Assembly (NCBI GenBank): GCA_035548975.1
Contig: DASZRY010000001.1
Span: 1,439-65,438 of the forward strand
Length of the DNA: 64,000 nt
Origin: Rhizomicrobium sp.
Lineage (GTDB): Bacteria; Pseudomonadota; Alphaproteobacteria; Micropepsales; Micropepsaceae
Direction of reading: 5' to 3'
The notes under the pieces are model-generated. The model worked only from the letters and a program-made list of their open reading frames with translations, ran no database searches and was not told the origin of the DNA. The translations under genes and the position numbers were made by a program. Position 1 is the stretch's first letter; every line of letters begins with the position of its first letter. Below are positions 35,534 through 44,611 of the stretch, piece by piece.

Positions 35534-38500
35534 ATGAGCAACAGGTATCTTCATATATTGGCCGCGACGACGATGTTCACCGCGGTTGCACCGCCTGCGC
35601 AGGCCGGGACCTTCAATATTCCGGGCGGCGATCTCGATGCCGCGCTGGAGTCCTATAGCGCACAATCCGGCGTTCAACTGATGGTTCCGAATGCGGCCGT
35701 CCATGGAATTCGCACGAAGGGCGTGCGCGGCGACCTTTCGGACGGAGAGGCCCTTTCGCGAATCCTGAGCGGTACGGGATTCACCTCGCAACAGGATGAA
35801 TCCGGCGTGATCGGGATTGTACGAGAGCGGCACAGTCAATCCGAGATTCCCGACATTCAATTGGCGCAGGCAATGGCGCCGCGTGCTTCCGTGGAAACCG
35901 TAACCGTTACGTCGTCGAAACTCGGTGGCGCGGATGTGCAGAGCGTGCCGATCGCCATTACCGCGATGAGCCAGGAACAGCTTACCTCGACGCAGACTGC
36001 GGGCGGGCCCGACCTGGTGAAACAGGTGCCGAACCTCACTTTCACCAAGACGAATTTCACAGGATACAACATTCAGATCCGCGGTATCGGCACGCAGGCG
36101 ATTTCGGTTTCGACAGACCCCGCAGTTGCCGTGGCGTTCAACGACACGCCGTTCCTGCGCAATCATTTCTTCGAGCAGGAATTCTTCGACGTCCAGAGCG
36201 TGCAGGTGCTGCGCGGACCTCAAGGCACGTTGTTCGGGCGAAATGCAACCGCCGGCGTCGTCAATGTGATTTCGGCAAAACCCAGCGACCAGTGGGAGGC
36301 ACGCGCCTCCGTGGACGTGGGAAATTATAACAACCGCCGGCTGGAGGGGATGGTCAATATCCCTATTGTGGGTGACATGCTCGATCTGCGCATCGCGGGC
36401 GAATGGACGAAGCGCGACGGCTATGCCTTCAATGAAGAGACCGACAAATCGATCGATGGACGCGATCTTTGGTCGGGACGTGTGTCGTTGTTGATACATC
36501 CCATTCGGGAATTGTCGGCCACCTTCATCTGGGAACATTTCCAGGAAGACGACGACCGGATGCGTTCGACAAAGCAGTTGTGCAAGCGGGACAACCCGCC
36601 GTCCGTTGTGGACGGCCCCGGCGGCCCGATTGTACCCGACGTGAACAATTTCGGCGCGATGTGGTTGACGCAGGGATGCCAGGCGGAGTCGCTTTATTCG
36701 CCGCAATCATACGAAACGCCGAATGCTTCCGGCATTCCGTTCATCCTGGCGCTTGAGGCGTTCACGGGTTACCTGCCGTTCGGCAACGATCCCTATGGGG
36801 GGATCACTCAAACGCCCGATTTGCGCAAGATCAGCGCGCAGATCAATCCCAAATACCGCGCGCGGAACAATACGTATGAATTCAATGTCGATTACAATGT
36901 CACGCCCGATCTGAAGGTGACTTCGCAAACCGGCTATAACGGCGACACCCTCTATTCGACGGAAGACTACAACCGCTTCAACACTGCCGCCGGAATCTGG
37001 AGCGATCCGGGCGGAAACACGCTGGTCGGTCAGGACGGCGAATATTGCGATCCGCAGCTCGGTTGTTCGAGCAGGTTCATCGCACAGGACGTTTCCGAGG
37101 AAACCGCGAGCCAGTTCTACCAGGAAATCCGGATGAGTTCGAGTTTCAGCGGACCGTTCAATTTTGTGGCGGGTGGAAACTATCTCACCTATCACACGCG
37201 GGAGAACTACTACGTCTTCGCGAATGCCATCACGATGACGACGGAATTTTTCAATGCGGCATTTGCCGGTGGCGATCCGCCACCCGCCGATGCACCGCAT
37301 ATTCCGTTCGATCCTGTCAACGCCAATTCCTGCGATCCGCAGCCGGCCGATCCGCAGGCAATCTCGGCGCTGTTCGGACTGGGGTGCGCCTATGTCGATC
37401 CCAATCCGCTCGGCAGCATAGACGGGCAGGGCCACAACTATTTCCGCAGCAACAATCCCGCAGGCTTGAGTTCGTGGGCCTTGTTCGGCGAGGCGTACTA
37501 CAATGTTAGCCCGGATATCAAACTGACGGGCGGCTTGCGCTATACCGACGACAAGAAGAGTTTCGAAGTCATTCCGAGCTGGACGCTGGTGAACGGCATG
37601 GGCTATGTGGTCACCGACAGGATCAAGCAGGAGTGGAAGGAATTCACCGGGCGTGCCGTCGTAAACTGGACGCCGAAGCTCGATTTCACCGACGAGTCGC
37701 TCTTTTACGCATCCTATGCACATGGATATAAAAGCGGCGGGGCCAATCCGCCGGGCGTGATTCCGCTACCTGCATTCGATGGCGGATTTTACAGTTCGCC
37801 CAGCAATCTGACGCATCCGGCAACGTTCAAGCCGGAATACAATAATGCGTTCGAAGTGGGCACGAAGAACACGCTGCTCGACGGCGGGCTGACCGTAAAT
37901 GGGGATGTCTTCTTCTACAAATACAAAGACTATCAGATTTCGCAGATCGTGGACCGCACGGCGATCAACCTGAATTTCAATGCCACGGTCCGAGGTGCCG
38001 AAATCGAGACGAACTGGGAGCCGCTTCCTGGTCTGAAACTGGGATTCAACGGCGGTTATGAAAACGCGACGTTCGACGACAATCAGTATGCAATCGACTT
38101 GATGGACCGGACGGCAGGCCATCCCGGCTGGATCGTGTTGAAGCCGGCGATCACAGAGACTTCTAACTGTGTTCTACCGACCTATGTCATTAACGCAATT
38201 CTGGCCAGTCCGTTTGCTTCGCCTCTCGCGGTTGCCTGCGGCGTGGCCTATGGCGGCGGTTCAAGTTTGCTTGCCGGGACCGCAGGCGGTTACGATCCGG
38301 TTACGGCAAATCCGTACACACCGAACCCGAATCCGGTACAGTTTCCCAATTATCCAGGCTTCGACCCGCTGGCGGGAACAGCCGGCGATCCCTATACCGG
38401 ACAAAACACGTTCAACGGCGTGGACTACGGCCCCGTGCCCAACAGCGGTGAAGGATTTGAGAAAAGCGTCGGCGGCAATCAGCTTCCCAATTCACCGCAC

Positions 38501-38830
38501 TTCACCACCAGCATCTCGGCCGATTACACAATGCCTCTGTCCGCCGATTGGGCCGGAACGCTGCACGGCGATTTCTACTGGCAGTCGAGATCCTACTGGC
38601 GAATTTTCAACGACAGCGAGTACGACAAGCTGGAAGGCTATACGAACCTGAACTTCGCCCTGATCTTCACAAACCAGGACGGCTGGCAAGCAATGGCCTA
38701 CGTCAAGAATGTTCTCGATACCACTGCGATCACAGGCGCGTTTCTGAACTCCGACGACTCGGCATTGACGACCAACGTCTTCGTCACCGATCCGCGGCTG
38801 TTCGGCATCCGCATCACCAAGAACTGGTAG
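35534..38830 (+). CDS. TonB-dependent receptor with N-terminal signalling (STN) domain
   Basis: Signal peptide, STN domain, VETVTVTS TonB box, VLRGPQGTLFGRNA plug motif, C-terminal PRLFGIRITKNW. Confidence 0.93.
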   Translation: MSNRYLHILAATTMFTAVAPPAQAGTFNIPGGDLDAALESYSAQSGVQLMVPNAAVHGIRTKGVRGDLSDGEALSRILSGTGFTSQQDESGVIGIVRERHSQSEIPDIQLAQAMAPRASVETVTVTSSKLGGADVQSVPIAITAMSQEQLTSTQTAGGPDLVKQVPNLTFTKTNFTGYNIQIRGIGTQAISVSTDPAVAVAFNDTPFLRNHFFEQEFFDVQSVQVLRGPQGTLFGRNATAGVVNVISAKPSDQWEARASVDVGNYNNRRLEGMVNIPIVGDMLDLRIAGEWTKRDGYAFNEETDKSIDGRDLWSGRVSLLIHPIRELSATFIWEHFQEDDDRMRSTKQLCKRDNPPSVVDGPGGPIVPDVNNFGAMWLTQGCQAESLYSPQSYETPNASGIPFILALEAFTGYLPFGNDPYGGITQTPDLRKISAQINPKYRARNNTYEFNVDYNVTPDLKVTSQTGYNGDTLYSTEDYNRFNTAAGIWSDPGGNTLVGQDGEYCDPQLGCSSRFIAQDVSEETASQFYQEIRMSSSFSGPFNFVAGGNYLTYHTRENYYVFANAITMTTEFFNAAFAGGDPPPADAPHIPFDPVNANSCDPQPADPQAISALFGLGCAYVDPNPLGSIDGQGHNYFRSNNPAGLSSWALFGEAYYNVSPDIKLTGGLRYTDDKKSFEVIPSWTLVNGMGYVVTDRIKQEWKEFTGRAVVNWTPKLDFTDESLFYASYAHGYKSGGANPPGVIPLPAFDGGFYSSPSNLTHPATFKPEYNNAFEVGTKNTLLDGGLTVNGDVFFYKYKDYQISQIVDRTAINLNFNATVRGAEIETNWEPLPGLKLGFNGGYENATFDDNQYAIDLMDRTAGHPGWIVLKPAITETSNCVLPTYVINAILASPFASPLAVACGVAYGGGSSLLAGTAGGYDPVTANPYTPNPNPVQFPNYPGFDPLAGTAGDPYTGQNTFNGVDYGPVPNSGEGFEKSVGGNQLPNSPHFTTSISADYTMPLSADWAGTLHGDFYWQSRSYWRIFNDSEYDKLEGYTNLNFALIFTNQDGWQAMAYVKNVLDTTAITGAFLNSDDSALTTNVFVTDPRLFGIRITKNW

Positions 38831-38852
38831 GCCGACCCCAGACGGCCTGACA

Positions 38853-38887
38853 GGGGCGGCGGGCATTCGCCGCCCCTTCCTCTTTTT
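38853..38887. terminator. Intrinsic terminator after TonB-dependent receptor
   Basis: ggggcggcg-ggcatt-cgccgcccc stem followed by ttcctcttttt. Confidence 0.75.
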
Positions 38888-38993
38888 GAACGATCTGCGT
38901 TCCGGGCAATATGTACTCAAAAAGAAACTCCCGGTTCTGCGGAAGCAGAACCGGGAGAGTGATAGGCGCTAGATGGAGGGGGATTGAAAGCGC

Positions 38994-40106
38994 CTATTCG
39001 GCCGCCATGGCCTGCGGATTACCGCCCTCCATGGCATTGAGGATGCGCGGGTCGTCGAAGATCGGAATTCCCACTTCCTCGTATTTCTTGCGAACGGCTG
39101 GAGTAATGAGCCCGACGCGCGCGATGGCCGGCAGCATCAGGTCCTTCAGCGAATGCACCTGTCCGGGCGGCAGTTCCTGCAAAAGGCCCATGTCTTTGGC
39201 TTCTTCGAGCCCCTTGAAGAAATCATCCGCGTCGATGCCCGCATTGGCCAGAACTTCCATGAAGCCGGGGTCCATTCGATTGGCCAGCCCCTGTGCCTCG
39301 CCCATGCTCGTTGCCTGCACAATGATGTTGATGGCGTTGAAGGCGAATTCGGCGAGGTCTTCACGCGCGGCTTCGTCGAGCTTCGCGATCACCGGTTCCA
39401 GATAGACATATCCGAAGGAAACATGCCGCGATTCGTCGCGCATCACGTTGTAAGTAATGGCCTTCAAAAGCGGGCAAGTGGTGGAATGATACATGTTGCT
39501 GAAGGCGCCAAGAGCCAGCCCTTCGACAATCATGTTCATGCCGATCATCACCTTTTCGTAGCGGTCCGATTTCAGCGTCGCATCGATGATCGCCTTGAGC
39601 CAGGGCGACATCGGGTAGACCATCGCTATCTTGTCGCAATATTTGGCGTAAACCTCCACGTGCCGTGCCTCGTCCATGGTCTGCGACGCCGCGTACAATT
39701 TGGCCTTCGCATCCGGGACGGAGTGCGTCACGCATGCCGCCGTCATCAACGCACCCTGTTCGCCATGCAGGAATTGCGAAAGAAGTTGGGCGGTCGAGTG
39801 CGCAGTGAATGTTTCGCGTTGCGATTTCGACAGCTTGTTGAAGAACGGCATCTTGTGGAAAAGCGATGCGCGATCCGAAACCAGCGGTTTGGACGGATCG
39901 ACCTGCGTGTTCCACGGCAGGATTTCGTCGGAATCCCACTGCTGCTGTTTCGCCCGCTTGTAAAGATCTTCGACCTTGCCGCGCCCGAGCGCGTAGTCGA
40001 AAGTCCAGGCAATTTCCATCGGATTGCGATAGCAATCGTCGGGGGTCATCGTGACTTTCCAGTCGCCTTTGGTGACGATCCTGGCGGTGTTGTCCTGAGC
40101 CATCAT
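38994..40106 (-). CDS. Ferritin-like diiron-carboxylate protein (AurF-like/diiron oxygenase family)
   Basis: Ligand pattern HGEQGA / DEARH / VEGLA / DESRH (E...ExxH twice). Confidence 0.8.
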   Translation of the reverse strand: MMAQDNTARIVTKGDWKVTMTPDDCYRNPMEIAWTFDYALGRGKVEDLYKRAKQQQWDSDEILPWNTQVDPSKPLVSDRASLFHKMPFFNKLSKSQRETFTAHSTAQLLSQFLHGEQGALMTAACVTHSVPDAKAKLYAASQTMDEARHVEVYAKYCDKIAMVYPMSPWLKAIIDATLKSDRYEKVMIGMNMIVEGLALGAFSNMYHSTTCPLLKAITYNVMRDESRHVSFGYVYLEPVIAKLDEAAREDLAEFAFNAINIIVQATSMGEAQGLANRMDPGFMEVLANAGIDADDFFKGLEEAKDMGLLQELPPGQVHSLKDLMLPAIARVGLITPAVRKKYEEVGIPIFDDPRILNAMEGGNPQAMAAE

Positions 40107-40157
40107 CTTCTCCCTTCTGGCCGTGGAAATAGTTGACACCTGCGTCACGTTTAGAAG

Positions 40158-40171
40158 TTGATCCATGTCAA
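40158..40171 (-). promoter_or_regulatory. FNR/FixK box of the diiron protein gene
   Basis: TTGATCCATGTCAA (minus strand TTGAC-N4-ATCAA), centre ~58 nt upstream of start. Confidence 0.7.
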
Positions 40172-40214
40172 TCGCGCAACGATTTTCCGGATTTTGCGAT
40201 TGCTTCTCAGTGGC

Positions 40215-41726
40215 TTACTCATAGACAAATACCGGGTCATCCAGATTGATTTCTGGGAGTTCTTTCCTCTCCCGCCAATAGTCTTGCGTGTGCTGCCACT
40301 CCGGCTTGTCGCCGCGCTTGGGCAGAAGATGCATGGAGCGCATCAGGTAGTTGGGATTGAAATTCTGCGGATCCATCCACGGCAGAAGCGGCATATTTTT
40401 GTCCTCGGGCCTGAGTGCGACAGAGACTTTCTTCGCGCTCTTTTTCTGCATGTGCTTCAAGAGACGGCACACAAAATCGCCCAGCAGATCGACGCGCAAC
40501 GTCCAGCTCGCACGGAAATAGCCGAACACCCACACAAGATTTGGAAGTCCAGTGAACATCATCCCGCGATACGTCACGGTATCGGCGAAATCGAGCGGCT
40601 TGCCGTCCACAGTGAACGCAATGTCGCCCAAAATGCTTAAATTGAATCCGGTAGCGGTGATGACGATGTCCGCCTTCAGCTCTTTACCCGAACGCAGCAA
40701 GATTCCATTTTCGGTAAAGGTCTCGATTTCGTCAGTCACCATCGAAGCCTTGCCGGATGCGATGCCCCGAAAGAGATCGCCTTCCGGAACGAAGGCAAGC
40801 CGCTGCTGCCATGGCCGGTATTTCGGCGTGAAGTGAGTTTCGATGTCGTAGTCGGGGCCCAAATAGGCACGTACGCCCGCCAGCAGTTCTTGCTTGACTG
40901 CCTCCGGCTCCTCGATGGAGCGCCGCGTAAACTCATCCTGATCGCGCAGGATCTTCCTGCGGACGATTTCGTGAATCCACTTTTCATCGACTTCCAGCTC
41001 CCGCAGCTGATTTGCCAGATCATTTTCATTGCGCGCGGGAATGAAATAGGTAGGCGATCGCTGCAAGACCGTAACGTGCGCACAATCGGCGGCGATGGCC
41101 GGCACCACCGTTGCGGTGGTGGCACCCGAACCGATGACGATGACGTTCTTGCCCTTGTAGTCGAGGTCTTCGGGCCAGGTTTGCGGATGGACGATCTTTC
41201 CCTTGAACTTCTCCATTCCCTTCCACTGCGGCGTGTAGCCCTCCGAATGGCGATAGTAGCCCTGGCACATCCAAAGGAAGTTTGTCGTGAACAGCAATTG
41301 CTCGCCGGTGTCGGTCCGGATGACTTCCAGGGTCCAGAGGTTGTCTCTACTGGACCAACTTGCCGACACGATCTTATGACGATAACGGATATGAGGGGCG
41401 AGATCGTTCTCCTCGATCACCTCGCCCATATATTTGAGAATCTCGTCCGCAGTCGCTATCGGTGCGCCGACCCAAGGCTTAAAGCGATATCCGAACGTGT
41501 AAAGATCGCTATCGGAACGCACGCCGGGATAGCGGTGCATCCACCACGTTCCACCAAAACTTTCCAGGCCTTCCAGAATCACGAAACTCTTGTCAGGACA
41601 TTGCTCTTTCAAATGATACGCAGAACCAATTCCGGAAATGCCCGCGCCCACGATCAGGACGTCGAAGTATTCGGCCTTTTGCCGTGCGGCCGGTTGCGGT
41701 CTCTCAAGTGTTGCGGTGTCAGTCAC
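40215..41726 (-). CDS. Flavin-containing (Baeyer-Villiger, EthA-like) monooxygenase
   Basis: GAGISG, GGTWWMHRYPGVRSDSD, FKGKIVHPQTW, IGSGATT, QRSPTY, TATGF; GTG start with GGAG RBS. Confidence 0.92.
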   Translation of the reverse strand: MTDTATLERPQPAARQKAEYFDVLIVGAGISGIGSAYHLKEQCPDKSFVILEGLESFGGTWWMHRYPGVRSDSDLYTFGYRFKPWVGAPIATADEILKYMGEVIEENDLAPHIRYRHKIVSASWSSRDNLWTLEVIRTDTGEQLLFTTNFLWMCQGYYRHSEGYTPQWKGMEKFKGKIVHPQTWPEDLDYKGKNVIVIGSGATTATVVPAIAADCAHVTVLQRSPTYFIPARNENDLANQLRELEVDEKWIHEIVRRKILRDQDEFTRRSIEEPEAVKQELLAGVRAYLGPDYDIETHFTPKYRPWQQRLAFVPEGDLFRGIASGKASMVTDEIETFTENGILLRSGKELKADIVITATGFNLSILGDIAFTVDGKPLDFADTVTYRGMMFTGLPNLVWVFGYFRASWTLRVDLLGDFVCRLLKHMQKKSAKKVSVALRPEDKNMPLLPWMDPQNFNPNYLMRSMHLLPKRGDKPEWQHTQDYWRERKELPEINLDDPVFVYE

Positions 41727-41780
41727 GTGCGATGCTCCCGATAATTTGTCAGCATCTTCACGCAAGCCGCTCTGCGATCG

Positions 41781-41794
41781 TTGATCAGGATCAA
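41781..41794 (-). promoter_or_regulatory. Perfect FNR/FixK box upstream of the monooxygenase
   Basis: TTGATCAGGATCAA, centre ~61 nt upstream of GTG 41726. Confidence 0.82.
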
Positions 41795-41808
41795 ATGCGG
41801 TGAGACGT

Positions 41809-41961
41809 TCAGGCGCGGTCGTTATCGTCTTCGAGCAGGATTCGTTCGGCGGCGCCGTCGAGATCCTCATACTGGCCGCTGCCGAGCGACCACAAAAGCA
41901 AAACGAGTGCGCCAAGCCCCAAGATGAGGGCCGCACCGATGATTGGCGCAACCGCGCTCAT
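41809..41961 (-). CDS. ccoS: cbb3 oxidase maturation protein CcoS/FixS (absent from ORF track)
   Basis: Hand translation MSAVAPIIGAALILGLGALVLLLWSLGSGQYEDLDGAAERILLEDD; ATGA overlap with ccoI. Confidence 0.92.
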   Translation of the reverse strand: MSAVAPIIGAALILGLGALVLLLWSLGSGQYEDLDGAAERILLEDDNDRA

Positions 41962-44144
41962 TTTGCCTTTCCCGATGCAAGCCTGAGCGCGTTCGTCGTC
42001 ACGGCGAGAGAGGAGCCCGCCATCATGAAAGCTGCCAAAAGCGGTGAGACCAGCCCGAGCATGGCGAGCGGAATTGCGGCCACATTGTAGACTGCGGCGA
42101 ATCCGAAATTCTGGTTAACCAATCGGCGCGCCTTTCGCGCAACGTCGATGGATTCAACAATCGGCATCAAGCTGTCGCCGCGCAACACGAAATCCGCCGC
42201 CAATTGGCTGATATCTGCGGCGGTTCCCGGCGCCATCGAGACGTCTGCAAGCGCCAGCGCGCCGGTATCGTTCAATCCGTCGCCCACCATCAGGATTTTC
42301 CGGCCCTTGCGACGCAACTCTTCCAGATGCGAGGCTTTCTCCATGGGGCCGACGCGAGATTTCCAGATTGCGATTCCTGCCGCTTGCGCGATTTCCCTTG
42401 CAGGTCCTTCCCTGTCCCCGGTCAGCATTTCAACGGCCACGCCGCGTGACTCGAGTGCCGCGAGCATGCTCTTCAAATCGGGCCGCGGACTGTCGTGGAA
42501 CACAAATCGCACTGGGGGTTGTTCGCCGGCGCGATACCACAACTCGCTGCCTTCCGATGCCGTGTCCGCGCCACACCAGGCAGCGCTTCCGAGACGGCAG
42601 ATCGTTCCGCCAATCTTGGCTTCCAGGCCAAATCCAGGCTGTTCGATTGTGCCGAGGGCAACTGGCCCTTCCCCGGCAGCCTTTGCAAGCGCGCGGGCGA
42701 ATGGGTGGCGGCTCGCTCGGGCAAGCGACGCGGCGTTCTGAAGCGTGGCAGGCGAAATAGATGATTTGTTCTGCAGTTCCGGCTCGCCGAATGTAAGCGT
42801 GCCGGTTTTATCGAAGACTGCCATATCGACTGTTGCAAGCCGCTCCAGCGCGTCTCCCGATTTGACGAGCACGCCACGCTCGAACAAACGACCGGTTCCC
42901 ACAATCTGAACCGCGGGAACGGCGAGCCCCAGCGCGCATGGGCAGGTGATAATCAATACCGTTATCGCGTTCGTGATCGAGGTTGTCAGCGGTGCACCAC
43001 CAATCGACCAGACGGCAAAGACAAGAAGCGCGGCGCCGGTGACGAAGGGAACATAGGCCCGCGCCGCCTTGTCTGCGAGGCGCACATAGCGGCCTTTCGA
43101 TTGCTGGCCCGCCTCCAGCAGCCGCGTCAGATCGGCAACCAGCGAGTCCTCCACGCGCGCGGTGACTCGCAAGACCGTAGATCGCCCGATTACTACAGAT
43201 CCTGAACGCAAGACAGCGCCCGGCTTGATCGCAACAGGCGTTGTTTCTCCCGTCACAAGCGAAATGTCTGCGTCGGTTTCAGTTTCCGTGGTCCCGTCCG
43301 CCGGCACGCGCTCCCCGCTTGAAAGGACGATGCGGTCTCCCGGCAGCAGTTCGCGCGCCGCAACGGTATCGAGATTGCCGTCGGCCTTTAAGCGCCGCGC
43401 GAGCATGGATTGCATGGCAATCAGTTGCTGCGCGGCCCCGCGCGCGCGATCGCGCAGGTGAAAGTCAAGGTAGCGGCCGATCAGCAACAGGAATGCCAGC
43501 ATCACCGCCGCATCGAAATAGGTATGCTGCTGATGGGCAATCGTCTGATAAATGCTCAAGCCCAACGACAGCACGATGGCGAGGCTTATCGGGACGTCCA
43601 TATTGGTATGCCCCGCGGTCAACACACGCCAAGCGGATCGGAAAAAAGGCTGGCTCGCGTATAGGGCAACCGGGACCGAAATAATGGCCGCAAGCCAGAA
43701 GAATAGATTGCGCGTGGCCTCGCTCATGTCTTCGCCGCCATACCAGACGGCGTCGGTAAGTCCGACGACGAAGGCGGTGCCGAAACCCGCGACGGCCATG
43801 CAGCGGAGGAGGAATTTTCCTTCGCCTTGTCCGGCGGATTTCACAGCGCCCATATCGAATGGCTGCGCCTGATATCCCAGTGCACGCACGCGGGCCAGCA
43901 CCGCTGCGGGATCGGCGCGCCCCTTCCATGCCACCGCCAGTTTGCCGGTCGAAAGATTAAGTCGCGCTTGTTTTACACCCTCCAGCGCAGCGACGCCGGA
44001 TTCGATTTTGGCGATACAATTGGCGCAACGCGCACCCACGACTGCCGCCTCGAATGTTTGCGTTCCGTCGCTATCCTTGCGGATGAAGCGACTCAGATCC
44101 CGCAGGGGATACTCTTGATCGTGCGAAAGCGTTAAGGCACCCAT
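41958..44144 (-). CDS. ccoI: Copper-translocating P1B ATPase CcoI/FixI
   Basis: CANC metal-binding domain, TGE, CPCALGLAVP, DKTGTLT, GDGLND. Confidence 0.95.
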   Translation of the reverse strand: MGALTLSHDQEYPLRDLSRFIRKDSDGTQTFEAAVVGARCANCIAKIESGVAALEGVKQARLNLSTGKLAVAWKGRADPAAVLARVRALGYQAQPFDMGAVKSAGQGEGKFLLRCMAVAGFGTAFVVGLTDAVWYGGEDMSEATRNLFFWLAAIISVPVALYASQPFFRSAWRVLTAGHTNMDVPISLAIVLSLGLSIYQTIAHQQHTYFDAAVMLAFLLLIGRYLDFHLRDRARGAAQQLIAMQSMLARRLKADGNLDTVAARELLPGDRIVLSSGERVPADGTTETETDADISLVTGETTPVAIKPGAVLRSGSVVIGRSTVLRVTARVEDSLVADLTRLLEAGQQSKGRYVRLADKAARAYVPFVTGAALLVFAVWSIGGAPLTTSITNAITVLIITCPCALGLAVPAVQIVGTGRLFERGVLVKSGDALERLATVDMAVFDKTGTLTFGEPELQNKSSISPATLQNAASLARASRHPFARALAKAAGEGPVALGTIEQPGFGLEAKIGGTICRLGSAAWCGADTASEGSELWYRAGEQPPVRFVFHDSPRPDLKSMLAALESRGVAVEMLTGDREGPAREIAQAAGIAIWKSRVGPMEKASHLEELRRKGRKILMVGDGLNDTGALALADVSMAPGTAADISQLAADFVLRGDSLMPIVESIDVARKARRLVNQNFGFAAVYNVAAIPLAMLGLVSPLLAAFMMAGSSLAVTTNALRLASGKAK

Positions 44145-44611
44145 AGGCGGCGGCTCGCTTCGAACGGTTGTTTGGAATCCAGCGCGGTAACGACCACATC
44201 CCACGTTCCGGCGCTTACACCCGGAATCTCGGCACGGTAGCTGTCGGGACCAATTGCCGTCAGCGCAAAGGCGCGATCCTTGTTTTCGTCCGCCGGGTGG
44301 CGGAGCTCCCCTTTGAGCGCAACCTGCGATTCAGGAGAGCCATTTGGCCTTTTAAGTGAAACGGAAATCCGCACTGCACCCGACGCCTCGCGCACCGCAC
44401 CGATGGCCGCACGCCATCCGGCTTTTTCCTGTTCGGCGCGCAGCGCCAACGTTCGGTTGTATTCCACGCCCTGCAGATACGGTTTCTGCTCGTCCTCGCC
44501 GCGAAACGTCTTCAGCGACACCGCAATAAAGACCGTGTTTACGGCCATGACGAGCGCGAAGAACCCGACCAGCCAAATCAGAACCTGACGACCGGTTATT
44601 TCGCGGGTCAT
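44132..44611 (-). CDS. ccoH: FixH/CcoH family protein
   Basis: ITGRQVLIWLVGFFALVMAVN..., YLQGVEYN; in fixGHIS order. Confidence 0.92.
   Translation of the reverse strand: MTREITGRQVLIWLVGFFALVMAVNTVFIAVSLKTFRGEDEQKPYLQGVEYNRTLALRAEQEKAGWRAAIGAVREASGAVRISVSLKRPNGSPESQVALKGELRHPADENKDRAFALTAIGPDSYRAEIPGVSAGTWDVVVTALDSKQPFEASRRLWVP

Noticed and set aside
40215-41951. 578-aa version of the monooxygenase from the ORF track
   Set aside because: The extension overlaps ccoS in another frame and the FNR box; GTG 41726 has an RBS and gives the normal family length
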